The notes under the pieces were generated by a model. The model worked only from the letters and a program-made list of their open reading frames with translations, ran no database searches and was not told the DNA's origin. From the sequence record SRR22947727_858: a stretch of DNA of 54,577 nucleotides, one strand, 5' to 3'. Below are positions 9,471-18,348 of the stretch, one piece after another. Positions within the stretch are counted from its first letter, which is position 1. Every line of letters starts with the position of its first letter. A program made the position numbers and the translations under genes.

Positions 9471-10681
9471 GATTCCAGCAGGGATTTAAGGTCGGTCTGG
9501 GGATCGCTTATTGCCGCTTTTGGGGGCGATTTGCCTAGGCCAAGCAAACGTTTGCCCACCATATAGGCTTTGGGCGCGTTCATTGCATCGACCGCCAGAA
9601 GCGTGTCGTCCTTGTAATACCAAAAAGAACAACTATCGGCAGTCTGCTCAGCCCGTTCGACCACATCGCTATAGCCCGTGTTCAGCCCGGCGATTTGCAG
9701 CTTTACGTTATATTGATCAGACCAAAACCAAGGTTCTGGTTGATACGGGGTTTTAGCGCCCAAAATATTTTGCGCGGTCACTTCGGCCTGATCAATCGCA
9801 TTTTGTACGCTTTCCAGCCGCATTTTTTGACCTTGATGGTCAAATGATGCGCAATCGCCGATCGCCCATATCGACGGGTCGGAACTGCGCCCATACACAT
9901 CCACGGCGATGCCATTTTCAATCTCTAGCCCAGCAGTCTCTGCCAAGTCTTGCGCCGGTATAATCCCCACCCCGACGATCACGAAATCGAAGCGCTCAAC
10001 GCTGCCATCGCTTAATTGTGCGCTGGTCACTTTGCCATCCTGACCGATTAGCTGTTTCAGGCCCGTATTTTCTTTCAACGTCACCCCATGCGACTGGTGC
10101 AATTGCCGGAAGTAATCGGATGTTTGCGGTGCGGCGACACGGTTTAAAATACGGTCCGACATTTCAACCAGCGTGACCTTTAGCCCCTTTGTTGCGGCAA
10201 CTGCTGCGGCTTCTAAACCGATATAGCCCCCGCCAACGATCAAAACCTTTCTCCCTGCCACCATTTCAGGAGCCATCGCATCCGCATCTTTGAGATCGCG
10301 CATCGTGTAAACCCCCGCTAGCTCGCCCCCGATTGCGGCAGGCAATCTGCGCGGCCATGATCCGGTTGCAAAAACCAAGTGATCATATGTCAGGCTTTGA
10401 CGGGTTGTAACGATGGATTTTTCACGACGATTGATACCCGTGACGGTGTCGCCAAGGTGAAGAGTGATGTGGTTATCGGTGTAAAAACTTTCTGGGCGCA
10501 AATAAAGGCGCTCCAAAGGCATCTCACCCAAAAGATATTTTTTTGATAAGGGTGGTCGTTGATAGGGTAGGACGTCTTCGTTGCCGACCAAATCTATGCT
10601 GCATTGATCATCGAGATTGCGCAATTTTGCAACCAGTGCCGCGCCAGCTTGTCCTGCGCCTATCACAACTATTCTTGACAT
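9467..10681 (-). CDS. FAD/NAD(P)-dependent ferredoxin reductase (rhodocoxin/putidaredoxin reductase family)
   Basis: GAGQAG FAD motif, PYQRPPLSK, GGGYIGLE, GDC, RLESVQNA and PWFWSDQ. Start moved to the ATG at 10681, which has an SD. Confidence 0.88.
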   Translation of the reverse strand: MSRIVVIGAGQAGAALVAKLRNLDDQCSIDLVGNEDVLPYQRPPLSKKYLLGEMPLERLYLRPESFYTDNHITLHLGDTVTGINRREKSIVTTRQSLTYDHLVFATGSWPRRLPAAIGGELAGVYTMRDLKDADAMAPEMVAGRKVLIVGGGYIGLEAAAVAATKGLKVTLVEMSDRILNRVAAPQTSDYFRQLHQSHGVTLKENTGLKQLIGQDGKVTSAQLSDGSVERFDFVIVGVGIIPAQDLAETAGLEIENGIAVDVYGRSSDPSIWAIGDCASFDHQGQKMRLESVQNAIDQAEVTAQNILGAKTPYQPEPWFWSDQYNVKLQIAGLNTGYSDVVERAEQTADSCSFWYYKDDTLLAVDAMNAPKAYMVGKRLLGLGKSPPKAAISDPQTDLKSLLES

Positions 10682-10761
10682 ACGCGTCCTCACCTGATCT
10701 GACCCTGTCGAATAAACGCATTATAACATCCTCTGTGCGAATACAAATAAGGGAATAGGAA

Positions 10762-11253
10762 ATGACCATAGTCGTGGGCAATAGATTGCCAAATGCGCCG
10801 ATATTGCGGGTAACAAATTCAGAGATTGAAACCGTTGACCTGAACGATGTATTTGCCGGCCGCCGCGTGGCCATATTTGGCATGCCGGGCGCGTTTACCA
10901 GCACCTGTTCGCGCGCGCATCTGCCAAATATTATCGGTCAAAAAGAGCAGCTGATGGATGCCGGCCTCGATGAAGTTGCGATCCTGACCGTTAATGACAG
11001 TTTCGTTTTGCGCGCTTGGGGGCGCGCCTCTGGTGCCTATGAAGCAGGGCTGACCATGCTGGGGGATGCAGGGTCTACGTTTACCAAAGCTGTGGGCTTA
11101 AGTTTCACTGTGCCGGCGACGGGATTTTATGATCGTTCGCAACGCTATGCTTTGGTGGTAAATGACGGTGTCGTTGAGCATTTTCTACTGGAAGAAACAC
11201 GCTCTGAAATTACCACATCCAGCGCCGATGCTCTTTTAAAAGCCCTCGGCTAA
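10762..11253 (+). CDS. Peroxiredoxin (Prx5/redoxin type)
   Basis: PGAFTSTC peroxidatic motif, VND.FV..AW and RSQRY. Confidence 0.9.
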   Translation: MTIVVGNRLPNAPILRVTNSEIETVDLNDVFAGRRVAIFGMPGAFTSTCSRAHLPNIIGQKEQLMDAGLDEVAILTVNDSFVLRAWGRASGAYEAGLTMLGDAGSTFTKAVGLSFTVPATGFYDRSQRYALVVNDGVVEHFLLEETRSEITTSSADALLKALG

Positions 11254-11257
11254 AAGC

Positions 11258-11551
11258 TTAATTCAACGCATCCATTTTTTGCGCCAAGGTAATATCCAGT
11301 GCGCTGAGCCCGCCCACATCATGCGTGCTCAGCGTGACCGAAACGCGATTATAAACGTTGAACCATTCGGGATGGTGGTTCATCTTTTCAGCGATAATCG
11401 CGGCTTGGCTCATCCAGCCGAAAGCTGCGATGAAGTTTGCAAATTTAAACTCTTTTGCAATCGCATCGCGCCCCTCTACTGCTGCCCAACCTTTGGCGAG
11501 TAATGGCGCCAGGTCTTGGTGACGCTCGGTCTTTGACAATTTTTTGGTCAT
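11258..11551 (-). CDS. phhB: Pterin-4-alpha-carbinolamine dehydratase
   Basis: AEKMNHHPEWFNVYN.V...LSTHDVGGLS..D signature. Confidence 0.9.
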   Translation of the reverse strand: MTKKLSKTERHQDLAPLLAKGWAAVEGRDAIAKEFKFANFIAAFGWMSQAAIIAEKMNHHPEWFNVYNRVSVTLSTHDVGGLSALDITLAQKMDALN

Positions 11552-11562
11552 TATAGGTTCCT

Positions 11563-12756
11563 CTACTCTGCAATATCTGCTGTGGTTTTTCGAAACGGGC
11601 CAAATTTGGTCATTATCTCTATATCTTCGGTGACGGCTTTTTTTTCCGCAATCAAATATTGCGCAATCGCCTCGTGAAACCCTTTATCTGCAGCCCAATG
11701 CAGTGAATGCGTTTCTGCGGGGATATAGCCGCGGGCTAATTTATGCGCGCCTTGGGCGCCCGCTTCTACGCGGGCAAGATTATGTTTAATCGCAAAGTCT
11801 ATCGCGCGATAATAGCAGAGTTCAAAATGCAGGCAGGGATAGTCTTCTATACAGCCCCAGTACCGGCCATAAAGGCAATCGCGGCCGATAAAATTCATTG
11901 CTCCGGCAACATATAGGCCGTCGCGCTTTGCCATGATCAGAAGAATTTCATCGCGCAAACTGTCTTGCGCCGCATCAAAAAAGGCGCGGGTTAAATAAGG
12001 GGTTCCCCATTTGCGCGCGCCGGTATCTTGATAAAACCTCCAAAACGCATCCCAATGATGCGGCTCTATCTGCGCGCCCGTGAGCATTTCAATCTCGCCG
12101 CCAAATTGATTGGCTTGCGCGCGCTCTTTTCTAATGTTTTTGCGTTTGCGCGAAGAGAGGGCGGATAAAAAGCCATCAAAGCTTTCATATCCGGGGTTTT
12201 CCCAATGGAATTGCTGCGTTGTACGGCTGAGGAGGCCTAGGCTTTCACCGGCTTTGGCTTCTTTCTGGGTGCAGAACGTGGCATGTAGCGAAGAGAGCTT
12301 GTTATTCGCGGCAAATTGCAGCGCCCCTTTTATCAAAGCTTGGCTCGCCTCGACCTCATAGCCTGGTTTGAGAAGAAACCGCCGCCCTGTAACCGGTGTG
12401 AAGGGTACAGCAATTTGCAATTTGGGATAATATTGCCCGCCTGCGCGATGATAGGCCTCTGCAAAGCTATGATCGAAAATATATTCGCCTTGCGAGTGTG
12501 ATTTTAAATACATCGGAGTGCATCCGATCAATATTTTATTTTGAAAAGCCAATAAAAAATACGGCTGCCAGCCAGTGGCCTCGCCCACCGATCCACTCGA
12601 TTCAAGCGCCCAAAGAAAGCGGTGTGTTGTAAAAGGGTCAAGCGCGCGCGGGTCATTGCCAGAGTCGATTTCGGGGCAGGCGCAGCTATCCCAATCAGAT
12701 TGGGCCACCATCGAAAGCGATGTCACCACCTGAATTTCTATCGCGTCCTGCTGCAT
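11563..12756 (-). CDS. GNAT/FemAB-like protein (DUF482 family)
   Basis: KSHSQGEYIFDH, YYPKLQ.AVPFTPVTG.R, LYGRYWG, LHFELCYY and EAGAQGAHKLARGY. Confidence 0.85.
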   Translation of the reverse strand: MQQDAIEIQVVTSLSMVAQSDWDSCACPEIDSGNDPRALDPFTTHRFLWALESSGSVGEATGWQPYFLLAFQNKILIGCTPMYLKSHSQGEYIFDHSFAEAYHRAGGQYYPKLQIAVPFTPVTGRRFLLKPGYEVEASQALIKGALQFAANNKLSSLHATFCTQKEAKAGESLGLLSRTTQQFHWENPGYESFDGFLSALSSRKRKNIRKERAQANQFGGEIEMLTGAQIEPHHWDAFWRFYQDTGARKWGTPYLTRAFFDAAQDSLRDEILLIMAKRDGLYVAGAMNFIGRDCLYGRYWGCIEDYPCLHFELCYYRAIDFAIKHNLARVEAGAQGAHKLARGYIPAETHSLHWAADKGFHEAIAQYLIAEKKAVTEDIEIMTKFGPFRKTTADIAE

Positions 12757-12802
12757 CCTGGCCTTTCCCTTTAGCGCCTATGTGTTTCAAAAGCGCGGAT
12801 AA

Positions 12803-13573
12803 TCAAGAGCTTGTTGCCGGTTGAAAGCCTTCAAATGTAAAATTATCGGCCAGTTGGCGCGCCGCGTGCTGCTGGGCTTTTGTTTCAATTGTCCAACATA
12901 ATATAGGAATCCCTTTGGCCTTTAGGGCGCGCACCGGTGCGCTTTCAAGATCTTCGTGATGATGGCTGATAAAACTGGCTCCGCATTTTTCAAAGTCGGA
13001 AATATTGGTGAGGGTTGAACGCCTATCTTTCGAGATCTTGGGCCATTCTTCCTTTGTAAAAAACTCGGTTGTCAGCCCGCGGGCTATCTGGGGTGCCTGC
13101 CGCCGCATTTCGAGCACCGAAAACGGGTTAAAGGACATCACGGCCACAGCGCCTTGATAATGTTGCAAGGCTTTGGCTGTGGCACGTTCTAGATCCCCAT
13201 TGCTTGAAGATAGATCCCCAGTTTGATCTTTTAACTCGATCAATAAAGGCACTGATCCAGAAACCTGATGCAACAGCGCAGCGAGCGGTAAAATGCAATC
13301 ACTGCTATGCTTCAAAGCCATGCGTTCTAAGTTTTTAGCACTGTGGTTGCGCACCGGGCCTTGATGCGATGTCATCCTATCCAATGTATCATCATGAAAA
13401 ACCATCGCCTGCCCATCTGCAGAAAGCTGCAGATCAAGCTCGATCCCATAGCCTTTTTTTATGGCCGCTGCGAAAGCGCTCTGACTATTTTCCAAAACAC
13501 CCTTATTGTCGGTGTGTAAGCCGCGATGCGCCAGCGGCCTAGCTAAAAACTGCGGGTCTAAACCAGATATCAT
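12803..13573 (-). CDS. Glycerophosphodiester phosphodiesterase family protein
   Basis: AHRGL, EN, GIELDLQLS.DG..MVFHD..L.R and IELK motifs. Confidence 0.88.
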   Translation of the reverse strand: MISGLDPQFLARPLAHRGLHTDNKGVLENSQSAFAAAIKKGYGIELDLQLSADGQAMVFHDDTLDRMTSHQGPVRNHSAKNLERMALKHSSDCILPLAALLHQVSGSVPLLIELKDQTGDLSSSNGDLERATAKALQHYQGAVAVMSFNPFSVLEMRRQAPQIARGLTTEFFTKEEWPKISKDRRSTLTNISDFEKCGASFISHHHEDLESAPVRALKAKGIPILCWTIETKAQQHAARQLADNFTFEGFQPATSS

Positions 13574-14034
13574 CGAATTTGGAAAATACCTTCAATTTCC
13601 ACGGCCACGCCAAGGGGCAGCGCGACGGCAGATACCGCTGCGCGCGCGTGTTTTCCAGCCTCTCCCAAAGCCTCACCCAGCAGGTTGGACGCGCCGTTAA
13701 TAACGGCGGGCTGGTCTGTGTAATCTGCTGTTGAGTTCACAAATCCGGTCAATTTGACAACCCGGATCAACCGATCCAAATCGCCGCCGCACGCCGCTTT
13801 CACTTGCGACAGCAAGTTGATCGCACAAATTTTGGCAGCCTCTGCACCTTGCTCGGTGGTCATGTCTAAGCCCAGCTTGCCCTTAATCAGGCCCTCTGGC
13901 CCGATTGAAATTTGCCCTGATACATAAAGCATATCGCCGACTTGAACAAAAGGAACGTAATTGGCCGCTGGGGCGGGCGCCTCTGGCAGATTTACGCCCA
14001 GCTCGCTCAGTTTTTCTTCAAATTCAGGGGCCAT
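13570..14034 (-). CDS. RidA/YjgF/UK114 family protein
   Basis: PAANYVP, YVSGQ, GKHAR.AV and LP.G.AVEIE. ATG at 14034 preferred over 14055. Confidence 0.88.
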   Translation of the reverse strand: MAPEFEEKLSELGVNLPEAPAPAANYVPFVQVGDMLYVSGQISIGPEGLIKGKLGLDMTTEQGAEAAKICAINLLSQVKAACGGDLDRLIRVVKLTGFVNSTADYTDQPAVINGASNLLGEALGEAGKHARAAVSAVALPLGVAVEIEGIFQIR

Positions 14035-14267
14035 TCTTCTTTCCTTTTTCAACATATTTTTAACAAACGATACCCTGTCTCGGAGCGAGGGAAAAGGGCT
14101 ACCTTTTGGCGTTTGGCGTTTGTTGGAAAATTTATGCAGCCCTTAAAGACGCTTGATGATGATCACGATTGGTTTACTTGTTGCTTTTGATTGATGTGTC
14201 ATTGTTAAACAAAGCGTTTGCCGTTAATACCACAAAAAAGGCAGATTTTCGAAACTGGGTGTAAAAT

Positions 14268-15014
14268 GTGATGAAACAAACAGGAACTTCTTTAGCTATG
14301 GCTTTGGCGTTTGTGCTGGTTTTTCTGGGCATCTCGACGCCGCTTTACAGTCAGGATGTGAATGATCCTTTTGAAACCATGAATCGGCGCGTACATGGGG
14401 TAAATATTGCTTTGGATAAATCCATCGTGCGGCCAGTCTCGTTTGCTTATGTGGGAAATGTGAATGATGGCCTGCGCCAGATGATCAACAATTTCGCTGA
14501 AAACCTTTCGGTGCCGGGGGATATTGTGAATAACGTTTTGCAAGGCGAATTTCAATCTGGACTGCAAAATACAGGTAAGTTTCTAATCAATTCAACTTTG
14601 GGCTTTGCAGGTTTAGGAACACCGGCAGAAGATTTGGGTATCGGTGGAGATGAAAGCGATTTCGGCGCCACTTTGCACAGATGGGGCGTTGGAGAGGGGT
14701 TTTATGTTGAGTTGCCGCTATTTGGGCCATCTACCAGCCGGGATGCGACGGGCAAGCTCGTAGATTGGGTTTTAAACCCCTTAGCGCCATTGATCGAGCC
14801 TCCTGTGAATTATTACACAACATCGAGTACGATCGCGAAAGCGATGGATATGCGTGTTGCCTATGCAGGCGCGATCGATTCCGTTCTTTATGACAGCATT
14901 GACAGTTATTCCCAAAGCAAGTTGATTTATCTGCAAACCCGGCGTTTTTCGTTAGGTGGGCGTGATGAAGATGTTTATGATGACCCGTATGAGGATCTTT
15001 ATGGCACAGAATAA
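14268..15014 (+). CDS. mlaA: MlaA/VacJ family outer-membrane lipid asymmetry protein
   Basis: DPFE.MNR, NSTLG..GL, DFG.TL..WGVG.G.YV.LPLFGPST.RD and D.Y motifs. Confidence 0.88.
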   Translation: MMKQTGTSLAMALAFVLVFLGISTPLYSQDVNDPFETMNRRVHGVNIALDKSIVRPVSFAYVGNVNDGLRQMINNFAENLSVPGDIVNNVLQGEFQSGLQNTGKFLINSTLGFAGLGTPAEDLGIGGDESDFGATLHRWGVGEGFYVELPLFGPSTSRDATGKLVDWVLNPLAPLIEPPVNYYTTSSTIAKAMDMRVAYAGAIDSVLYDSIDSYSQSKLIYLQTRRFSLGGRDEDVYDDPYEDLYGTE

Positions 15015-15603
15015 GTTACCGCGCCGTGCGGTTTTATCTGGAATTGTTGCTGCGCTGCTATGGAGCGGGTTGCCCGCTTACGCGTTAACGAAAAGCGCCG
15101 CAAAAACTTTGATTAATCAAGCTGTTGACGATATCAACGCGATGGTTGCATCGACCGATGATGAAGAAATTATTCTGGCAGAATTTGAAAAAATATTTGA
15201 GCGTTATGCTGACGTGAACCTAATAGCACGCTATGCGCTTGGAGCGGAAGCGCGGCGGGCCACGCCCAAGCAAATGAAGAAATTTACGCGCGTTTTTAAA
15301 ATATATATGGCGCGCAAATATGGCAGCCGGTTCAGAGAGTTTATGGGCAGCGATATTATCGTAAAAGACTCTAAAAAAGTAAAAAGCTTTTACAAAGTGA
15401 CTGCAGAAGCAAAGCTGCAAAATGCCAATCCGTTTGAGGTTGAGTTTTTGGTGTCGGACAAATCAGGCAAGCCGTTATTCTTCAATATTTTTATTGAAGG
15501 GATCAACATGCTGTTAAGCGAGCGCGCTGAAATTGGGGCTTTGCTTGATAAAAACGGAGGCAAAATTGATCGCCTCATTACGGCATTAGAGGCAACACTT
15601 TAA
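15001..15603 (+). CDS. mlaC: MlaC/Ttg2D phospholipid-binding periplasmic protein
   Basis: Follows and overlaps mlaA; signal peptide (PRRAVL...AYA); ARYALG and IEGINML..ER.E motifs. Confidence 0.8.
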   Translation: MAQNKLPRRAVLSGIVAALLWSGLPAYALTKSAAKTLINQAVDDINAMVASTDDEEIILAEFEKIFERYADVNLIARYALGAEARRATPKQMKKFTRVFKIYMARKYGSRFREFMGSDIIVKDSKKVKSFYKVTAEAKLQNANPFEVEFLVSDKSGKPLFFNIFIEGINMLLSERAEIGALLDKNGGKIDRLITALEATL

Positions 15604-15604
15604 A

Positions 15605-17728
15605 TTAGTTCTGCCCGAACAGATTGCGCAAAAAGCGATTGATCGCGTTGGTGCCTTGGTCCCGGTCGGTGCTTTTGATCGTTTTTCCAGCCCCGGCGCG
15701 CGTCTGAGCTGTTTGAACCAGCGTATTCGGGGGCAAATCGCCTTGAGCACGCAGCATGGTTGCTTTCCAAATCTCGGCTGGTAACCCGCCGCCAGTGACC
15801 CCGGTTAAAGGCGTATTGTCATCATATCCCATCCAAACACCGATCACGTAATCGCTGGAAAAGCCAATAAACCAAGCATCGCGTGCGCTTTGCGTTGTTC
15901 CGGTTTTACCTGCGGTTTGCCACCCTTCAATCGCCGCTTTTTGTCCGGTTCCTTCAACCATCACATTTTGCATCATAAAGATCAGATTATGCGCAGCCGT
16001 TGGAGAAATGACCCGCTGGCCGGCGCTATTTGTGGCCCCCATCAGGGCAGTGTCGTCTCCGAATAATCGCAATTCGTTCAGCCCGAAAGGGGTGACGGAT
16101 AGGCCGCGATTTAAAATTCCAGCATAGGCCCCGACCATATCGATCAAAGTGGCTTCGGACACGCCCAAGGCAAGCGCTGGCCCAGTGGCAAGCTTTTCTC
16201 CAACTCCAAATCCAGAAGCGACATTTCTCACAACATCACGTCCAACCTCTTCGCTCAGCCGGATGGTAGGGATATTTAAGGATTGGCTGAGGGCGGCGTT
16301 TAAACTGACGGGCCCTAAAAATTCTTTTGAATAATTTTGCGGGCTCCAAGGGCCAGAGCCAGGTAGATCCAGCGTTAATGGGCTGTCTTGTAAAATATCA
16401 TAGGGGCTGTATCCGGCCTCGAGAGCCGCTGCATATACAAAAGGCTTAAAGGCCGAGCCGGTTTGCCGAAGCGCTTGCGTGGCGCGGTTAAAGCCTCCGG
16501 CAACCGATGTATTGCGCCCGCCCAGCATTGCCCGCACTGCGCCGTTTGGGGACATCACAACAATTGCAGCTTGTGCCTTGGATCCCGGGCGAACCTTTGA
16601 GTCGAATACCTGATGCATCGCCTGTTCCGCCGCGTTTTGAAGGCGGCGGTCAAACGTGGTTTTTATAATCACATCTTCGGTTGTTGTCTGCGTCAGAAAG
16701 CGTGGACCCGATTGCATCACCCAATCGGCAAAGTAATTACCGGCATTGGCTTTGGCCGCTTGCGACAGTTGCGCGGGGTTTTTGCGCGCGAAATCGGCCT
16801 CTTCGGCGCTGAGTAACGCTTGTGCTTGCATCAAATTGATAATGACGCCCGCGCGGTTTTGCGATCTCTGCAGGTTATTGGTGGGCGCATAGCGGGTCGG
16901 CGCCACCAAAAGCCCAGCCAGCATTGCCGCTTCGGCGGGGTTTACATTTCGTGCTGATTTTCCAAAATAGCGTTGCGCCGCAGCCTCAAACCCGCGCGCT
17001 CCCGCGCCCAGAAAGCTACGATTTATATAAATTGTTAAGATTTCATCTTTTGAAAAACGGCTCTCAAGCGCAAGCGCATAGGCGGCTTCTTTGACTTTGC
17101 GCCATAAGCTGCTTTCTCGGCACTCGGCTTCATAGGCGCGTTCGCTCTTCCACCGCGCGCGATCGAAAGGCAGGCCCAAACACAAGAGTTTCGCGGTTTG
17201 CTGGGTTATGGTCGAGCCACCATGTCCGGATAAAGCGCTGCGGCCCTCGCGCATATTAATCCGTATCGCGCCCAAAACGCCACGCGGGCTCAATCCAAAA
17301 TGGCGGTAAAACCGTTTATCTTCGGTTGCCAGAACCGCATGACGCAAATGAGGTGAAATGGTTTGCGCGTCGATTGCTTGCCCAAACTGTTCGCCGCGCC
17401 AGGCAAAAACCTCATTGTTGCGGTCAAGTAAAGTGACTGAGCCGCGGGCTCTTACATCCAGTAAGGCCGATAAATCGGGCAGGGTGCTACGATAATAACC
17501 CACCCCTGCAGCTGTGAATAAGGCAAGCATTAGGGCTGAGCGCCAGATAACAGCCCAAACCAAACCCACGCAGCGTTTAAACAGCCATCGCAGAGCTCTG
17601 GACACGATATTTCTTTGCTTGGGGGCGGTACTGCGCAGGGGCTTTGGCGGTTTTCGTACGGCTTTCGACGCTGACCCATAGCGGTTTTGCGCGATGAGCG
17701 GCTTGGTTGATTTCTGTTTGCCTGCCAT
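15605..17728 (-). CDS. Class A penicillin-binding protein (PBP1A family transglycosylase/transpeptidase)
   Basis: TEDKRFY.HFG, GGSTITQQ, RK.KE, RQTGSAFKP (SxxK), SLN and GKTGTT motifs. Confidence 0.92.
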   Translation of the reverse strand: MAGKQKSTKPLIAQNRYGSASKAVRKPPKPLRSTAPKQRNIVSRALRWLFKRCVGLVWAVIWRSALMLALFTAAGVGYYRSTLPDLSALLDVRARGSVTLLDRNNEVFAWRGEQFGQAIDAQTISPHLRHAVLATEDKRFYRHFGLSPRGVLGAIRINMREGRSALSGHGGSTITQQTAKLLCLGLPFDRARWKSERAYEAECRESSLWRKVKEAAYALALESRFSKDEILTIYINRSFLGAGARGFEAAAQRYFGKSARNVNPAEAAMLAGLLVAPTRYAPTNNLQRSQNRAGVIINLMQAQALLSAEEADFARKNPAQLSQAAKANAGNYFADWVMQSGPRFLTQTTTEDVIIKTTFDRRLQNAAEQAMHQVFDSKVRPGSKAQAAIVVMSPNGAVRAMLGGRNTSVAGGFNRATQALRQTGSAFKPFVYAAALEAGYSPYDILQDSPLTLDLPGSGPWSPQNYSKEFLGPVSLNAALSQSLNIPTIRLSEEVGRDVVRNVASGFGVGEKLATGPALALGVSEATLIDMVGAYAGILNRGLSVTPFGLNELRLFGDDTALMGATNSAGQRVISPTAAHNLIFMMQNVMVEGTGQKAAIEGWQTAGKTGTTQSARDAWFIGFSSDYVIGVWMGYDDNTPLTGVTGGGLPAEIWKATMLRAQGDLPPNTLVQTAQTRAGAGKTIKSTDRDQGTNAINRFLRNLFGQN

Positions 17729-17853
17729 GGATTGCCCTGCTTATTTCGAGCTCTTTGTGGCGAGTCTATCGTATCTTCATGGGCTTGTTTAGGGCTAACT
17801 GCTCCTCCAAACCTATCCGTTTTGTGTTTAAAAATTAATCATCAAGAAGAATT

Positions 17854-17870
17854 TGCGCAAAAAATATGCG
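17854..17870. promoter_or_regulatory. Putative NtrC-binding site upstream of glnK-amtB
   Basis: TGCGCAAAAAATATGCG matches the GC-N11-GC, AT-rich-core NtrC pattern (cf. TGCACCAAAATGGTGCA) and lies about 125 nt upstream of glnK. Confidence 0.45.
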
Positions 17871-17993
17871 CTTTTGATAGATTTTACGTCTTCAACATTG
17901 GGCTTTTGGTGGCCCTTAGGTGGGGGGCGGCGTTGATAGAGACGTGGTTTTGGCGCAACCGTCAAAGCAAGAAAATTAAGAAAGGAACCAACG

Positions 17994-18332
17994 GTGAAAT
18001 TGATCATAGCAACCATCAAACCGTTTAAGCTCGAAGAAGTGCGTGAGGCGCTTACCGAGATTGGCGTGCGTGGAATGATGGTGACCGAGATTAAGGGCTT
18101 TGGAGCCCAATCGGGTCATACTGAGATATATCGTGGGGCAGAATATGCTGTAAATTTTGTACCGAAAGTAAAACTGGAAATCGTGACCGATGCGTCAATG
18201 GCGGATCAAGTCGTTGAAACCATCACCAAGGCAGCCAAAACCGGCAAAATTGGGGACGGTAAAATCTTTGTTCTCGATGTCGATCAAACTGTCAGAGTGC
18301 GTACCGGTGAAACCGGCGCTGACGCGATATAA
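17994..18332 (+). CDS. glnK: P-II nitrogen regulatory protein
   Basis: 112 aa; IKPFKL, T-loop YRGAEY and [10 protein letters not shown]; linked to amtB. Confidence 0.95.
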   Translation: MKLIIATIKPFKLEEVREALTEIGVRGMMVTEIKGFGAQSGHTEIYRGAEYAVNFVPKVKLEIVTDASMADQVVETITKAAKTGKIGDGKIFVLDVDQTVRVRTGETGADAI

Positions 18333-18348
18333 AGAAGGACCACTTAGA

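Noticed and set aside
17951..17966. Sigma-54 promoter for glnK (TGGCGC...)
   Set aside because: No GC at the required -12 spacing
18190..18348. N-terminal extension of AmtB in the ORF track
   Set aside because: Overlaps glnK; the ATG at 18349 has an SD and gives a normal signal-like N-terminus
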